A stretch of 64,000 nt of DNA, taken from the NCBI GenBank assembly GCA_963782915.1, contig CAWALK010000015.1, positions 1 through 64,000 of the forward strand, given 5' to 3'. The translations under genes were made by a program, and so were the position numbers. The notes beneath the pieces were generated by a model. It saw only the letters and a program-made list of their open reading frames with translations, was not told the DNA's origin and did not search any database. Shown here piece by piece: positions 40,256-49,437 of this stretch. The first letter of the stretch is position 1. Every line of letters begins with the position of its first letter. This DNA comes from an uncultured archaeon (lineage in GTDB: Archaea > Thermoproteota > Bathyarchaeia > Bathyarchaeales > Bathycorpusculaceae).

Positions 40256-40381
40256 CCGAAAATTTGAACCTTTCAGGCGACTGGACTGTGGTAAAGTGCA
40301 TGGGATGATGTCGCCGTCCCAGCCTTAGGGCAAAGTAAATTTCTGAGGCTGTATTACTGATTAGCTATTGTATGTCTCTAG

Positions 40382-41115
40382 TTATAAGCCTTTACCGCTT
40401 TTTCTTAACAAAAAGAATGTAATCAAAGGAATTACAATAAACAAAGGCAAAATTGCTGTTATTGATATCTCGGGAACAGTTGGACTTGGGTTTGAGGTTG
40501 GAAGTGCAGAAGCAGAGATAGATACAGAGCCATCAACTAAATTAAGTGTGTATGTATTGCTCCAATTGCTTCGTTCACCCGTAAAGACTTCATAATCGGA
40601 CCCTCTATGGTTTGCAGGACCAGGGGTGGTATGGACTTCAATGTAATGACCCACTATTGCTTGGACTTGAAAGTCTACCTTACCTCCAGAAGGGGCATAA
40701 ACAGAACTTGTGAGTAAACCTGTGTGGTAATAATACGCCCCATTCTTCAGAACAGTAAAATGCTATTCCCAAAGATTGAGGATAATATCTTGAATCGAAG
40801 ACTTCTGTCCAACTATCTTCAAAATGCCCTTTATACCTAATGTTGTAACCAGTTCCAGCATTAGATAGTTCTTGTTCTACAACAACTTCTATTGTCTTGT
40901 TCACCACATGGTACCCCTCAGTTACTGTTTCCCCTTTGTAGGGGTCTATAGTGGGTGAAGTGGTACATCATAGGAATTATCAAAGTACTTAATTGTGAAT
41001 TCTGGCACAGATGGTTAAGGAGTTGTTTGAGCATTAATAGGTTTTATCATCAATAGACTAATGTTGCTAAAATTACAACTAAGCATATTGAGAGGTATTT
41101 ACCCAATCTATCCAT
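40382..41115 (-). CDS. Secreted protein with VPE-CTERM anchor (several indels)
   Basis: Fragments read signal...KPINAQTTP-PSVPEFTIKYFDNSYDVP, NIRYKGHF, FQVQAIVG and SNWSNTYTL...PTVPEISITAILPLFIVIPLITFFLLRK. Confidence 0.7.
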
Positions 41116-41338
41116 ATTGAAACTGATATGTTTGTTTGGTTATATAATTTACTTATAAACACTAAGTCCCCAGTTACCCATAACGACGGAGAAGGGACTT
41201 CTGGTTATCTAATCGGCGGCAACCCTTGTGGTTGCTCGCTTCCAACAGTTCTCTCTGCTTTATTAATTACCAAAGCGAATAAGGGAAAGTTACTTTAGCA
41301 TTTGTTTGCATCATTAAAATAACCCTTGAGTTGGTTTA

Positions 41339-41703
41339 ATGGGCATCACAACAGAATTCGAGTTTACCCTGCCAGAAGGCTACGTTGACGAAAACGGGGC
41401 TCTTCATAAGACGGGCGTTATGCGGTTGGCTACGGCTGCGGATGAGGTTTTGCCGCTTAAGTTCCCAGAGTTCAACGAAACCCCGCATATTCAAGGTTCA
41501 TTGTTTTGTCTCGGGTTATCGTTAAGCTTGGAAATTTGCGTACAATAAACCCAAAGGTTGTTGAGGGTTTGTACGCTTCTGACTTGGCTTATTTGGAGTC
41601 TTTTTACAACAGGATAAACGGTAGGGGAACAGCCAAGTTTAGGGTAGTCTGTCCGTCGTGTAGGGCTAAATTTGAGGTTGATAAAAGCGATCACAGTGAA
41701 TAA
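41339..41703 (+). CDS. Phage/eCIS tail assembly chaperone-like protein (frameshifted)
   Basis: TEFEFTLPEGYVDENGALHKTGVMRLATAADEVLPL...SRVIVKLG...VEGLYASDLAYLESFYNRIN...CPSC. Confidence 0.75.
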
Positions 41704-41756
41704 TATGCCCTGATTCGGAGAAGGTCGTCGGGAGCCCTATAATAGACGTTTGCCCT

Positions 41757-42330
41757 TAGTTCTTAGGACTCCAAATAGCCTGGCTCTGAGGTATATAATC
41801 AGTTTTTCGATGCCTTTTACAGAGTATCGCTCCAACAATGAACAAGGACAAAACCAAGGGTAAAGTCGCTAATGCTCGATAAATTCTGGAACTGAAGATA
41901 GCCCCATGTATTTGAATTCGTCGAATCTACTTTCGCTTGGTGGTAGGGCAGGGTTGAGGCTGGGGGATGTTGATGGCGCATTAGTTGTAGCAGGTAATAG
42001 TTGATGGTGGATTGTTACTTTTCCGTTTATTGTAACGGAATTGGAGAAGGGCTGTTTAGCGGCTGTTATGTTATAGGTGTCAGAATAATTTAGTTGAACA
42101 ATGTTTGTAAATTGGGTTCCTTGGATAGTGGTTGTTTGAATGGTTGGTGCTTGCTATCAGTAATTCGATCTATGTATTTGTCTTGGGGGCGGTCTGGGTC
42201 ACTATTGGTTGATGTTACGGTGAATTGAATGTAATCAACCGGCTGCAGCCTCAGAATGAGCACACTGGGTAAACAACTCGCCAAATGCCCACAAAGGAGT
42301 GATGAACAAGAACAGGTTTGGTCTTGTATG
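41757..42330 (-). pseudogene. Degraded or error-ridden secreted protein with VPEF-CTERM
   Basis: Minus-strand fragments end in SSVPEF (41881-41898), a hydrophobic stretch and a basic tail. No continuous frame; boundaries approximate. Confidence 0.4.
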
Positions 42331-42647
42331 GCTTTAGGGTAAGGCGAAGTATCTCTTTTCGCAGTTTGAATAGTTGCTATACCAAGGGCGAAAGATAATA
42401 GGGAGAAGAATCGTGATTGGACTTATCTTTCTCATTTTCAATCGTTAGTGGGTACTGCTTATCGGGTTCAACATCTCCACCAAAGAACAGTGTGTTTCAG
42501 CATGAGAACGACTGATGTTGGGTGTGTGGGCGTGCTAAAAAAGCGGCTTATCTGTTTCTGCACCGTCAGGCAAAAACAGGCTCTCTCTCAAGCGGCAGTC
42601 GCCCAACAGAATATAAAACATCTTAACGCATGTGTACGCAATTTAAA

Positions 42648-42890
42648 GTTGAACCTACCGTTTGAATCTATATATAGGGGAGGGGGTACGTCGGCAAAGC
42701 AACAAAGCCCCGCTTTAACCTCTAATCGTTTAGTCTCTGGCGTAGACGCATAGCAAATATAGAAATCGAGCCTGCAAACGCATACACCCTAACACCAAAA
42801 ACCAACAAATGCATGCTGAGACTTGCTTTTCTTGTGCATTTTTTAGCCTATAAATAGAGGGGGGATAGGGGCTTGGCAGAGCAACAAACG
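42648..42890 (+). repeat. Dispersed intergenic repeat, family A, copy 2
   Basis: GAATCTATATATAGGGGAGGGGG..GGCAAAGCAACAAAGCCCC (box at 42668) and CTATAAATAGAGGGGGGATAGG..GAGCAACAA (42848). Confidence 0.8.
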
Positions 42891-42932
42891 TTTTGGCTAT
42901 GTTAAAAAAGAAAGAAGGGATATTTTTTGTTT

Positions 42933-43608
42933 TTACCTTGACCGGAACCTAAGGAATAAAATTGTTACTAACTAGAACCCCTGCGATAACAACGACCGCT
43001 ATGATAACGATTAACCAAGCGCTAAACCATCGTTTGTAACCGCCGGAGTCGGTGAAGGCGAAGCCGTTGGAGTTAACGTCGGTGTCAGCGTTGGAACTGG
43101 CGTGGGTGTTGGAGTAGGTGTTGGTGTCGGAGACGCGGTTGGTGTAGGTGTTGGGTCTGGTGTGTAGACTGAGACGGTTAAGTTGAAATCGTTGCTAGCG
43201 GAAACGACTGTGGTGCTGTTTCGAACTTTGACGTTCCAGAGGTAAGTTCCGTTTGAGGAAAACTCGTGGTAGATTGTGTTATTGGAGTAGCTTGCCATTG
43301 CAGTCTGGTTGCTTGCAACTTGGCTTCCGTTGATGTAACAAGTCTGCGCCTTCAAACTTGTTTGCTGTTCCGTTAATCTGTGGTATGTAAACGAAGCTGA
43401 CGTTGAACGAGTTTGTGATGGTGTAGTTATGTACGGGTGAGAGTATGATAACGGATATGTTTTCGGGTTCCGGCGTAGGAGTTGGTGTCGGCGTTGGAGT
43501 TGGGGTTGGAGTCGGCGTTGCTTCTTGACTGGATACAAATGGTATGAGACAACTGCTAAAGAGCAGGGTAAAAACAAGTAAGCCCAAACATGATTGCTTA
43601 TTTATCAT
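42933..43608 (-). CDS. Secreted/membrane-anchored protein with PT repeats and Ig-like domain (frameshifted)
   Basis: Signal ...FVSS|QEATPTPT, VIILSP, GTYLWNVKV, a second PT tract and C-terminal TM, spread across shifted frames. Confidence 0.75.
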
Positions 43609-43830
43609 ATGTGCCTAATCGACGAATTTTATATTTATAATTTTCTCAAATCAACAAATCGAATACACAGGTTGTTAAGCCGTTGTCAAATATGGCAGTG
43701 TTTTTGTGCATCAATTTATAAATCAACAAACCAGATAGAGATAAGACGCAACATGAACAACAAAGCGGGTCCAATAACTTCCAGTCGCCAAAAACAATTC
43801 CCAGACAATCTAGCAATCAACTCCCCAATC

Positions 43831-44781
43831 ATGTTATTTGGCCGCAAAAAGAAAGACCCAAACCCAACAGGTGCCACCACCCAAGAAGCACCGCCTAAAC
43901 CTAAACCAAAAAAACATAAAGGCACAGCCGTAACCAAATATGAAATCGCCCAAGACAAAATCAAATTTTACGCTGCAAAAGGCGCTATCAAGAAACGCTG
44001 GGTTGTTATCAACGAATTTCCCATTTACGAGTTATCCGCTATTGAGAGTTTAGGCAATTGGATTAGCCTGACTTGGAAGGATACAGCTTATCCGTTTATT
44101 CTCAAGCAAAAGGGTGCATCTTTCGCAAAGTTGAATGAGGAGCTTGTGGTCTTGCAAGAGGAATACCGGCGGAAACTGGAGCAAACTCAAAAGGCGGCTT
44201 TACGCAAAACTGAATTGTTAGCTGTTATCAATGGTTCTTTGCCCATTGTGGATTCATCATTTGACGTTTTGATGGGGTTGCACCAAAAACGCATCGACTG
44301 GAAAAGCATAGAAGCAGACGCCCAACCGTTGGGTGCATCTTATAGTTTTAGGGCAGCTACTCTGGAGCCGCTTGATTTAGACTTCTCTAAAGTTGCCGCT
44401 GCAGTTAAGAGCCAAGTGGCTAAGGAAACATCCAAAGAAACCCTAAACGTGCTCAAAGCAATACACAGCTACTTCAATGGCTTAAAGGCAGAGAACGATT
44501 TGGCAGGTACAAACCCCAACTTTGAACATGCCAAGGCAGCGGTTTTAGCGTATTATACCCTAAACGACCTTTTACTGGCTAAAATAGTGGGCGAAAAAGA
44601 TAATCAAAAAGAGATGGCTTACCTGGAAGAAACCCTGAAGACTCTTTCTGAGGGAACCAACATCAAAGTTGACGTTGTTGGCCTTTCGGGTTGTATCGAT
44701 AAAATGGGTGTTGAGGCTGAACGCGAAAGCGGGGTCTTCGAAGCACGGGCCCTGTTTAAGGAGCAGCTAAAACAGCTTTAA
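43831..44781 (+). CDS. Hypothetical protein (N-terminal beta domain, helical C-terminus)
   Basis: Long clean ORF; start set at MLFGRKKK. Confidence 0.75.
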   Translation: MLFGRKKKDPNPTGATTQEAPPKPKPKKHKGTAVTKYEIAQDKIKFYAAKGAIKKRWVVINEFPIYELSAIESLGNWISLTWKDTAYPFILKQKGASFAKLNEELVVLQEEYRRKLEQTQKAALRKTELLAVINGSLPIVDSSFDVLMGLHQKRIDWKSIEADAQPLGASYSFRAATLEPLDLDFSKVAAAVKSQVAKETSKETLNVLKAIHSYFNGLKAENDLAGTNPNFEHAKAAVLAYYTLNDLLLAKIVGEKDNQKEMAYLEETLKTLSEGTNIKVDVVGLSGCIDKMGVEAERESGVFEARALFKEQLKQL

Positions 44782-44885
44782 CCCTTTTCCTGATATTGTT
44801 TTATTTAGCGCTTTTTAGTTGTTGCTCTGATAATGTTTAAAAGTATGACGCGTGGCATATCCTATTATATTAGGAGGCAAACAAA

Positions 44886-45679
44886 ACGAAAAAAACCCTA
44901 ACAATATGCCTCATACTGCTCTCCAGCACCCTAATCCTCACAATACCCCATAACGCATCCGCGGCACCCCAATGGACCATACAATTAACAACCCTAAATG
45001 GCGCAACCACAGACATCACCTATGACCAACTCCTAGCCCTCCCAAAAACAACGGTAACCGCCGAAATCTTCTGCTATGGAATCCCCGTAACAGGCGGCAC
45101 ATGGGGCGGCGTTGTTCTATCAGAACTGCTAAACCAAACAGGCCTTGACCCAGGCGTAGCTTCCCTGAGTTTTGCAGCCCAAGATGGATACAAAGTCAGC
45201 ATCCCAATAGCTGATGCATTACGTTCAGATGTAATCTTAGCCTACGAAAAAGACGGAAGCCCACTTACTGAGACCCTGCGTTTAGTTGTGCCCTATGCAA
45301 ACGGCAACATGTGGATAAACATGGTAACTTCAATAACTATGAGTTCAAGCGCCGCAACCCTCGATCCGCTCAAATCGCTGCAACCATAAAAACACCCATG
45401 GACAACAATGCCCAATTAATACAACAACAAATCAATCAACCCACCCAACCAACACCTACACCATACACGCCAACACCAACTCCAACACCAGCACCGAACA
45501 ATTCTACAATATCATTACCCACAACATCACCGACAAACACTAACCAACCCCCCAATCAAAACATACCGGAGAATACTTCATTTCCAACCGCAATCATCTA
45601 TGCCGCGGCTCTCGGAGCAGTAATAGCGCTTGTTATCGCAAGCTTCATCGTCTACAGAACAAGACAACATAAAGCTTAA
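44886..45679 (+). CDS. Surface-anchored molybdopterin-dependent oxidoreductase (sulfite oxidase-like Mo-binding domain) with PT linker and TM; ACG start and frameshift ~45365
   Basis: Manual translation after GGAGG: (ACG)KKTLTICLILL...TYDQLLALP..TAEIFCYG...TWGGVVLSELL...FAAQDGY...VILAYEKDGSPL..LRLVVP..NGNMWINMVTSI. Confidence 0.8.
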
Positions 45680-45845
45680 TCCCCGCAAAGGGTTTAGGGC
45701 ACTTGTATCTGTAGTTTTTTTGTTGTACAGAATCACAAATACGTATAGTTACGCAGTTGCAATGATACTATTTTGCGATTCGCTAACCATATATATACTT
45801 AACGCCCTATGTGGTTGTCAGACAAAGTGGGGGTAGAATAAACAT

Positions 45846-46400
45846 ATGTCAAAGAATCCGCAACAAAAAGATGAAGCTCTCGAAGCATTAGACTTTATTG
45901 TCAATGTTTTAAAGGAGCACGAAAGAGACTTAGACAAACTCATAAATGAGTTGGCTACAGTCACCGAACAGATGGGAGACACAAGCGAATTAAGCGGTAA
46001 AGTCGATAAAGTTGAAGAAAAAATTAGTGGTTTACAGAAAGAAGTTACAAACCTAATCGGTTGCATGTCCAGCGGCCAAAAAGAAACACCGTTAACAGCA
46101 GCAAATGCAACATCATCACAAGCACCCGTTGCGCCAGTTGCAGCTCAGGGTGGTCCATCAGTGATGGTGCGCTGTAAACAGTGGGAAGACTTCCAGAACT
46201 ACGCCGTTGGCGCTCAAACCGTATCTTTCAGCTACAAAGAAGAAGAGAAACTCTTTTCTGCTGATGCACTAAAGGGAAACCAAATCATCTCTTATAGTGG
46301 ACCGCTTCCAAAGTTATCCGCTGTGTTGAAATCGTTTTTGGCCAAAGAACTCTGTGTTTCGGACCGGAGCATTCTTGAAGGCGCCCTAGCCGTAAGCTAA
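45846..46400 (+). CDS. Hypothetical protein with N-terminal coiled coil
   Basis: EALEALDFIVNVLKEHERDLDKLI heptad pattern. Confidence 0.75.
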   Translation: MSKNPQQKDEALEALDFIVNVLKEHERDLDKLINELATVTEQMGDTSELSGKVDKVEEKISGLQKEVTNLIGCMSSGQKETPLTAANATSSQAPVAPVAAQGGPSVMVRCKQWEDFQNYAVGAQTVSFSYKEEEKLFSADALKGNQIISYSGPLPKLSAVLKSFLAKELCVSDRSILEGALAVS

Positions 46401-46711
46401 ACAGGTTTTAGCTTAGGCTAAATCTATATTTCTATTCTTTATTGTTACTTCATAAAGCTTATATGTATTTTAGAATATCTTAAGTCTTGTTAGTGATTGG
46501 AGAGACTGGGTAAGGTTGAAGGCAAAACCACTAGCCAAAATAAACAATTTTCCGTTTTCGAAGCCTTCTCCTTTCTCCTCGAACGACGGATGGCTGATGG
46601 CCTAACCAATATACTTACACCATCCCTCCAAACACCAATAACTTTTCTTATCACGATTTGTTACCTAAACGCTTTTTTCTATTATCCACAAATGCTATAG
46701 CGGTGAAGTAT

Positions 46712-47482
46712 GTGCGTTTGGTTCCTCTTACGCCAGAGTTGGAAGCCCCCTTCTGGAGCATTGTCAAGGCGGATTACTGTGATTACTATTTTTTCATCTA
46801 TGATTTGTTATTGCAGAAAGAGCGCACGCAGATTTCTCTGGCGCTTGAGGGTGAAGCTGTGGTTGGGGTCATGCTGATTTACGATGGGCACATAGTGCAG
46901 TTACGCGGTGAACATGGGGCTGTAGAGTTTATGCTCAACAATTTGAAACAGGACTCGGTTGATGTTCAAGTGCCCGTGGACTGCGAAGATTTGCTATTGC
47001 AGAAGTACCCACACTTTAAGCTTTTAGCGCATGTGACTTTAATGAGTCTCAACAAGGGTGACGAGCAACTTGCCCTTAGGGTTACGCCTGAACGATTAAG
47101 CGCTAAAGATGCCCCGCAAATAGCGCAGTTAATGCATGAATGTTACCCAAAAATGTGGAGCGAAATATCCGCCGAAGCTGTTGAGGCATTGTTTCTGGTT
47201 AAAGAAGCCGTGTGGTTCGGAATAAAACTTGATGGTCGGCTGGTGTCGTTTGGTTATGGGATGCTAACACCCAAAGTTTGCCACGTCACTTGGATTGCTA
47301 CAAATCCACAGTATGAGAAGCGGGGTTACGCGACTTCGATTGTTTCGGCGCTGGTACATGAATGTTTAGCGGTTGCTGATGCAGCAGTAATTTATGTCAT
47401 GGACGACAATGCCGTTGCCCGTAAAATATATTCGAAAGTTGGGTTCAAACCTTACAAATCCTATGTGTTCGTAAAAACTTAG
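46712..47482 (+). CDS. GNAT family acetyltransferase (FR47-like C-terminal domain)
   Basis: IATNPQYEKRGYATSIV...NAVARKIYSKVGF; GGTGA RBS before the GTG start. Confidence 0.85.
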   Translation: MRLVPLTPELEAPFWSIVKADYCDYYFFIYDLLLQKERTQISLALEGEAVVGVMLIYDGHIVQLRGEHGAVEFMLNNLKQDSVDVQVPVDCEDLLLQKYPHFKLLAHVTLMSLNKGDEQLALRVTPERLSAKDAPQIAQLMHECYPKMWSEISAEAVEALFLVKEAVWFGIKLDGRLVSFGYGMLTPKVCHVTWIATNPQYEKRGYATSIVSALVHECLAVADAAVIYVMDDNAVARKIYSKVGFKPYKSYVFVKT

Positions 47483-47484
47483 CG

Positions 47485-47706
47485 CGTTGTTGCTCTCTGG
47501 GGCCTATCCCCCCTTATTTATAGGCTCAACAGGTGTTGGGTTTAGGGTTTTGGTTGTGGGCGTTCATTGGTTAGTGGGTATGGGGAAGCTGCGTTTGTTA
47601 GGGGAATTGTTGGGTTTATAGGCGGCTGTTTTCGGGCTCTGTTGGTTTTGGGTGTTTGGGGTTCTGTTGCTCTCCCAGAGACCCCCCTCCCCTATATATA
47701 GAATGA
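47485..47706 (-). repeat. Dispersed intergenic repeat, family A, copy 3
   Basis: Reverse complement CTATATATAGGGGAGGGGGG..GAGAGCAACA (47701) and CTATAAATAAGGGGGGATAGG..GAGAGCAACAA (47523), 178 nt apart. Confidence 0.8.
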
Positions 47707-47934
47707 CAAATGCAGCCTAACCCCATCGAAGTAGCGTGCATCCATTGAATATGCGCTGGGGAAAAACAATGCTTGTTGAGGTTGGCTTGCTCTGAATGTA
47801 CGTTTGCAGTGGGTGTGTCTGCATACTCCGCAAAGCTACCTTGAAAGTTCACGCGACCTCTCTGCAGCTACCGTTCCCTGCCTAAGATATAGCAAAAAGA
47901 AATTTAACGTCTCAGTGCCTGTTCACAAAAAGGG

Positions 47935-48441
47935 TTAAACGATGTATTTTCCTGTTTTCTCAAAGTCCGGCACTATCTCCATGCCCCGTTTAGGCGCATT
48001 CATCGTTCCCAGCGGCAGGCCCTTTAGCAATACCCAAGGTGACTTGCGCGCCAACTCTGTGGCAATGTGCTGTTCGCCGAAACTTTTCTTCGCCACCACA
48101 ACAACATCACGTCTAACGCCTACCTCAGACATGTCGCCTAGCGCATGCAGGTACTCATGCAACAGCAAATTGTAGACCAACGCGTTAACCGTGGGCTTAT
48201 CGGTAAAAGACATTTCAACGACATCTACGAGTGCACGGTTAAGCACAATGTTGTTAGTGCCCACCGGATAATACGCGCCCAGTTGTAATGGTAAATCGTC
48301 GAGGAAAAGCATCATGCTATTGCGCCGTTTACCCAACGCGTACTCGGCTGTCTGCTGCACAATCGTCCAAACCTCCGCATAGTTTTTCGCGTTATCCAAA
48401 CTAGAATTGAAGCCTTCAGTATTAGTGGGGTTGCTGCTCAA
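47935..48441 (-). CDS. Hypothetical protein with HExxH zincin-like motif
   Basis: LGAYYPVGTNNIVLN...LLHEYLHALG. Confidence 0.75.
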   Translation of the reverse strand: MSSNPTNTEGFNSSLDNAKNYAEVWTIVQQTAEYALGKRRNSMMLFLDDLPLQLGAYYPVGTNNIVLNRALVDVVEMSFTDKPTVNALVYNLLLHEYLHALGDMSEVGVRRDVVVVAKKSFGEQHIATELARKSPWVLLKGLPLGTMNAPKRGMEIVPDFEKTGKYIV

Positions 48442-48573
48442 AACATACCTCGCCTCTATTGCATAAACAAGGTTTTTCTCATGCCTTTAAGGATTACACA
48501 CATCAACACGCGAAATAAACGTAAAATTGATAAAGAGCAACGCATTCTCAGATAGCGTTAAGGTGAATAAAAA

Positions 48574-48993
48574 ATGGCAAGTAATTGCACCGTAAAAGAC
48601 ATCATGCAAAAAGACGTTAAAACAGTAGAAAACAACACCGTTTTGAAAGACGTTATCGCACTAATGAGCAAATATGACAAAGACGCAATCTTAGTCATCC
48701 AGAGCGGCAAGCCAACAGGCATCATCACAGCAAGAGACTTAATCGTCCGCGCAATGGAAGCTGAAGTACCAATCAAAACTATCATCGCAAGAATGGTCTA
48801 CACTAACCCACTTGTCGTCATTGACCAATGCGCAACCCTCAAAGAAGCAGCTGAACTTATGAAACACTGGAACGTAAAACACATGCCAGCAGTTGACAAG
48901 AACGGCGCACTCGTCGGCATGGTTGATGCTACACAGATAGTCTTCGCAGACCCCAAACTCATGCCAACTCTAAGTTATATCTGCCGAAAATAA
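48574..48993 (+). CDS. CBS domain pair protein
   Basis: VKDIM...GIITARDL...AAELM...HMPAVD..GALVGMV. Confidence 0.9.
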   Translation: MASNCTVKDIMQKDVKTVENNTVLKDVIALMSKYDKDAILVIQSGKPTGIITARDLIVRAMEAEVPIKTIIARMVYTNPLVVIDQCATLKEAAELMKHWNVKHMPAVDKNGALVGMVDATQIVFADPKLMPTLSYICRK

Positions 48994-49081
48994 TTTCGGC
49001 TAACAACTTTATTTTTTAAATTTTAGTTACAAACTACTGTATAATATTTTATTAAAATTAAAAAGGAAAAATTTTAAGCAG

Positions 49082-49420
49082 TTATTGCTTCTGCTCTTCT
49101 GCCCAAGCTTCCTTGGCAGCTTTTGCTATGGCGTCAATGCTTGGCTGGAGATTCAATTCGTATAAAACACCTTTAACAAGCTCGTTGTTTACAATTAGCG
49201 CGATTTCGCCGGGTCTAAGTGGCTCGGGTCTTGTTGATTGAAAAACGCGAAGTGCACGTAGACAGAATTTGACGAGTACATTGTTAAGTTCTGCTTGAAG
49301 TTGACCTAATTCGTCTTTTGCTTCAACCATTTTTTTGCTGTAAGCAGTTGAATCTCTTTTTCCGGTAGGTTCCATGCTCATTTTACATCTTTCCTTTAGG
49401 GAGTCATGTAAACGGCTCAT
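49082..49420 (-). CDS. Hypothetical protein
   Basis: Helical ORF containing STRPEPLRPGEIALI; start may be MSMEP (~49382). Confidence 0.65.
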   Translation of the reverse strand: MSRLHDSLKERCKMSMEPTGKRDSTAYSKKMVEAKDELGQLQAELNNVLVKFCLRALRVFQSTRPEPLRPGEIALIVNNELVKGVLYELNLQPSIDAIAKAAKEAWAEEQKQ

Positions 49421-49437
49421 TATATAATTTCCTGAAA

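Noticed and set aside
40300-40350. Possible C/D box sRNA (ATGATGT...CTGA) with a small hairpin after the ferredoxin
   Set aside because: Box C is imperfect and no clear D'/C' boxes or guide target are visible; insufficient support.
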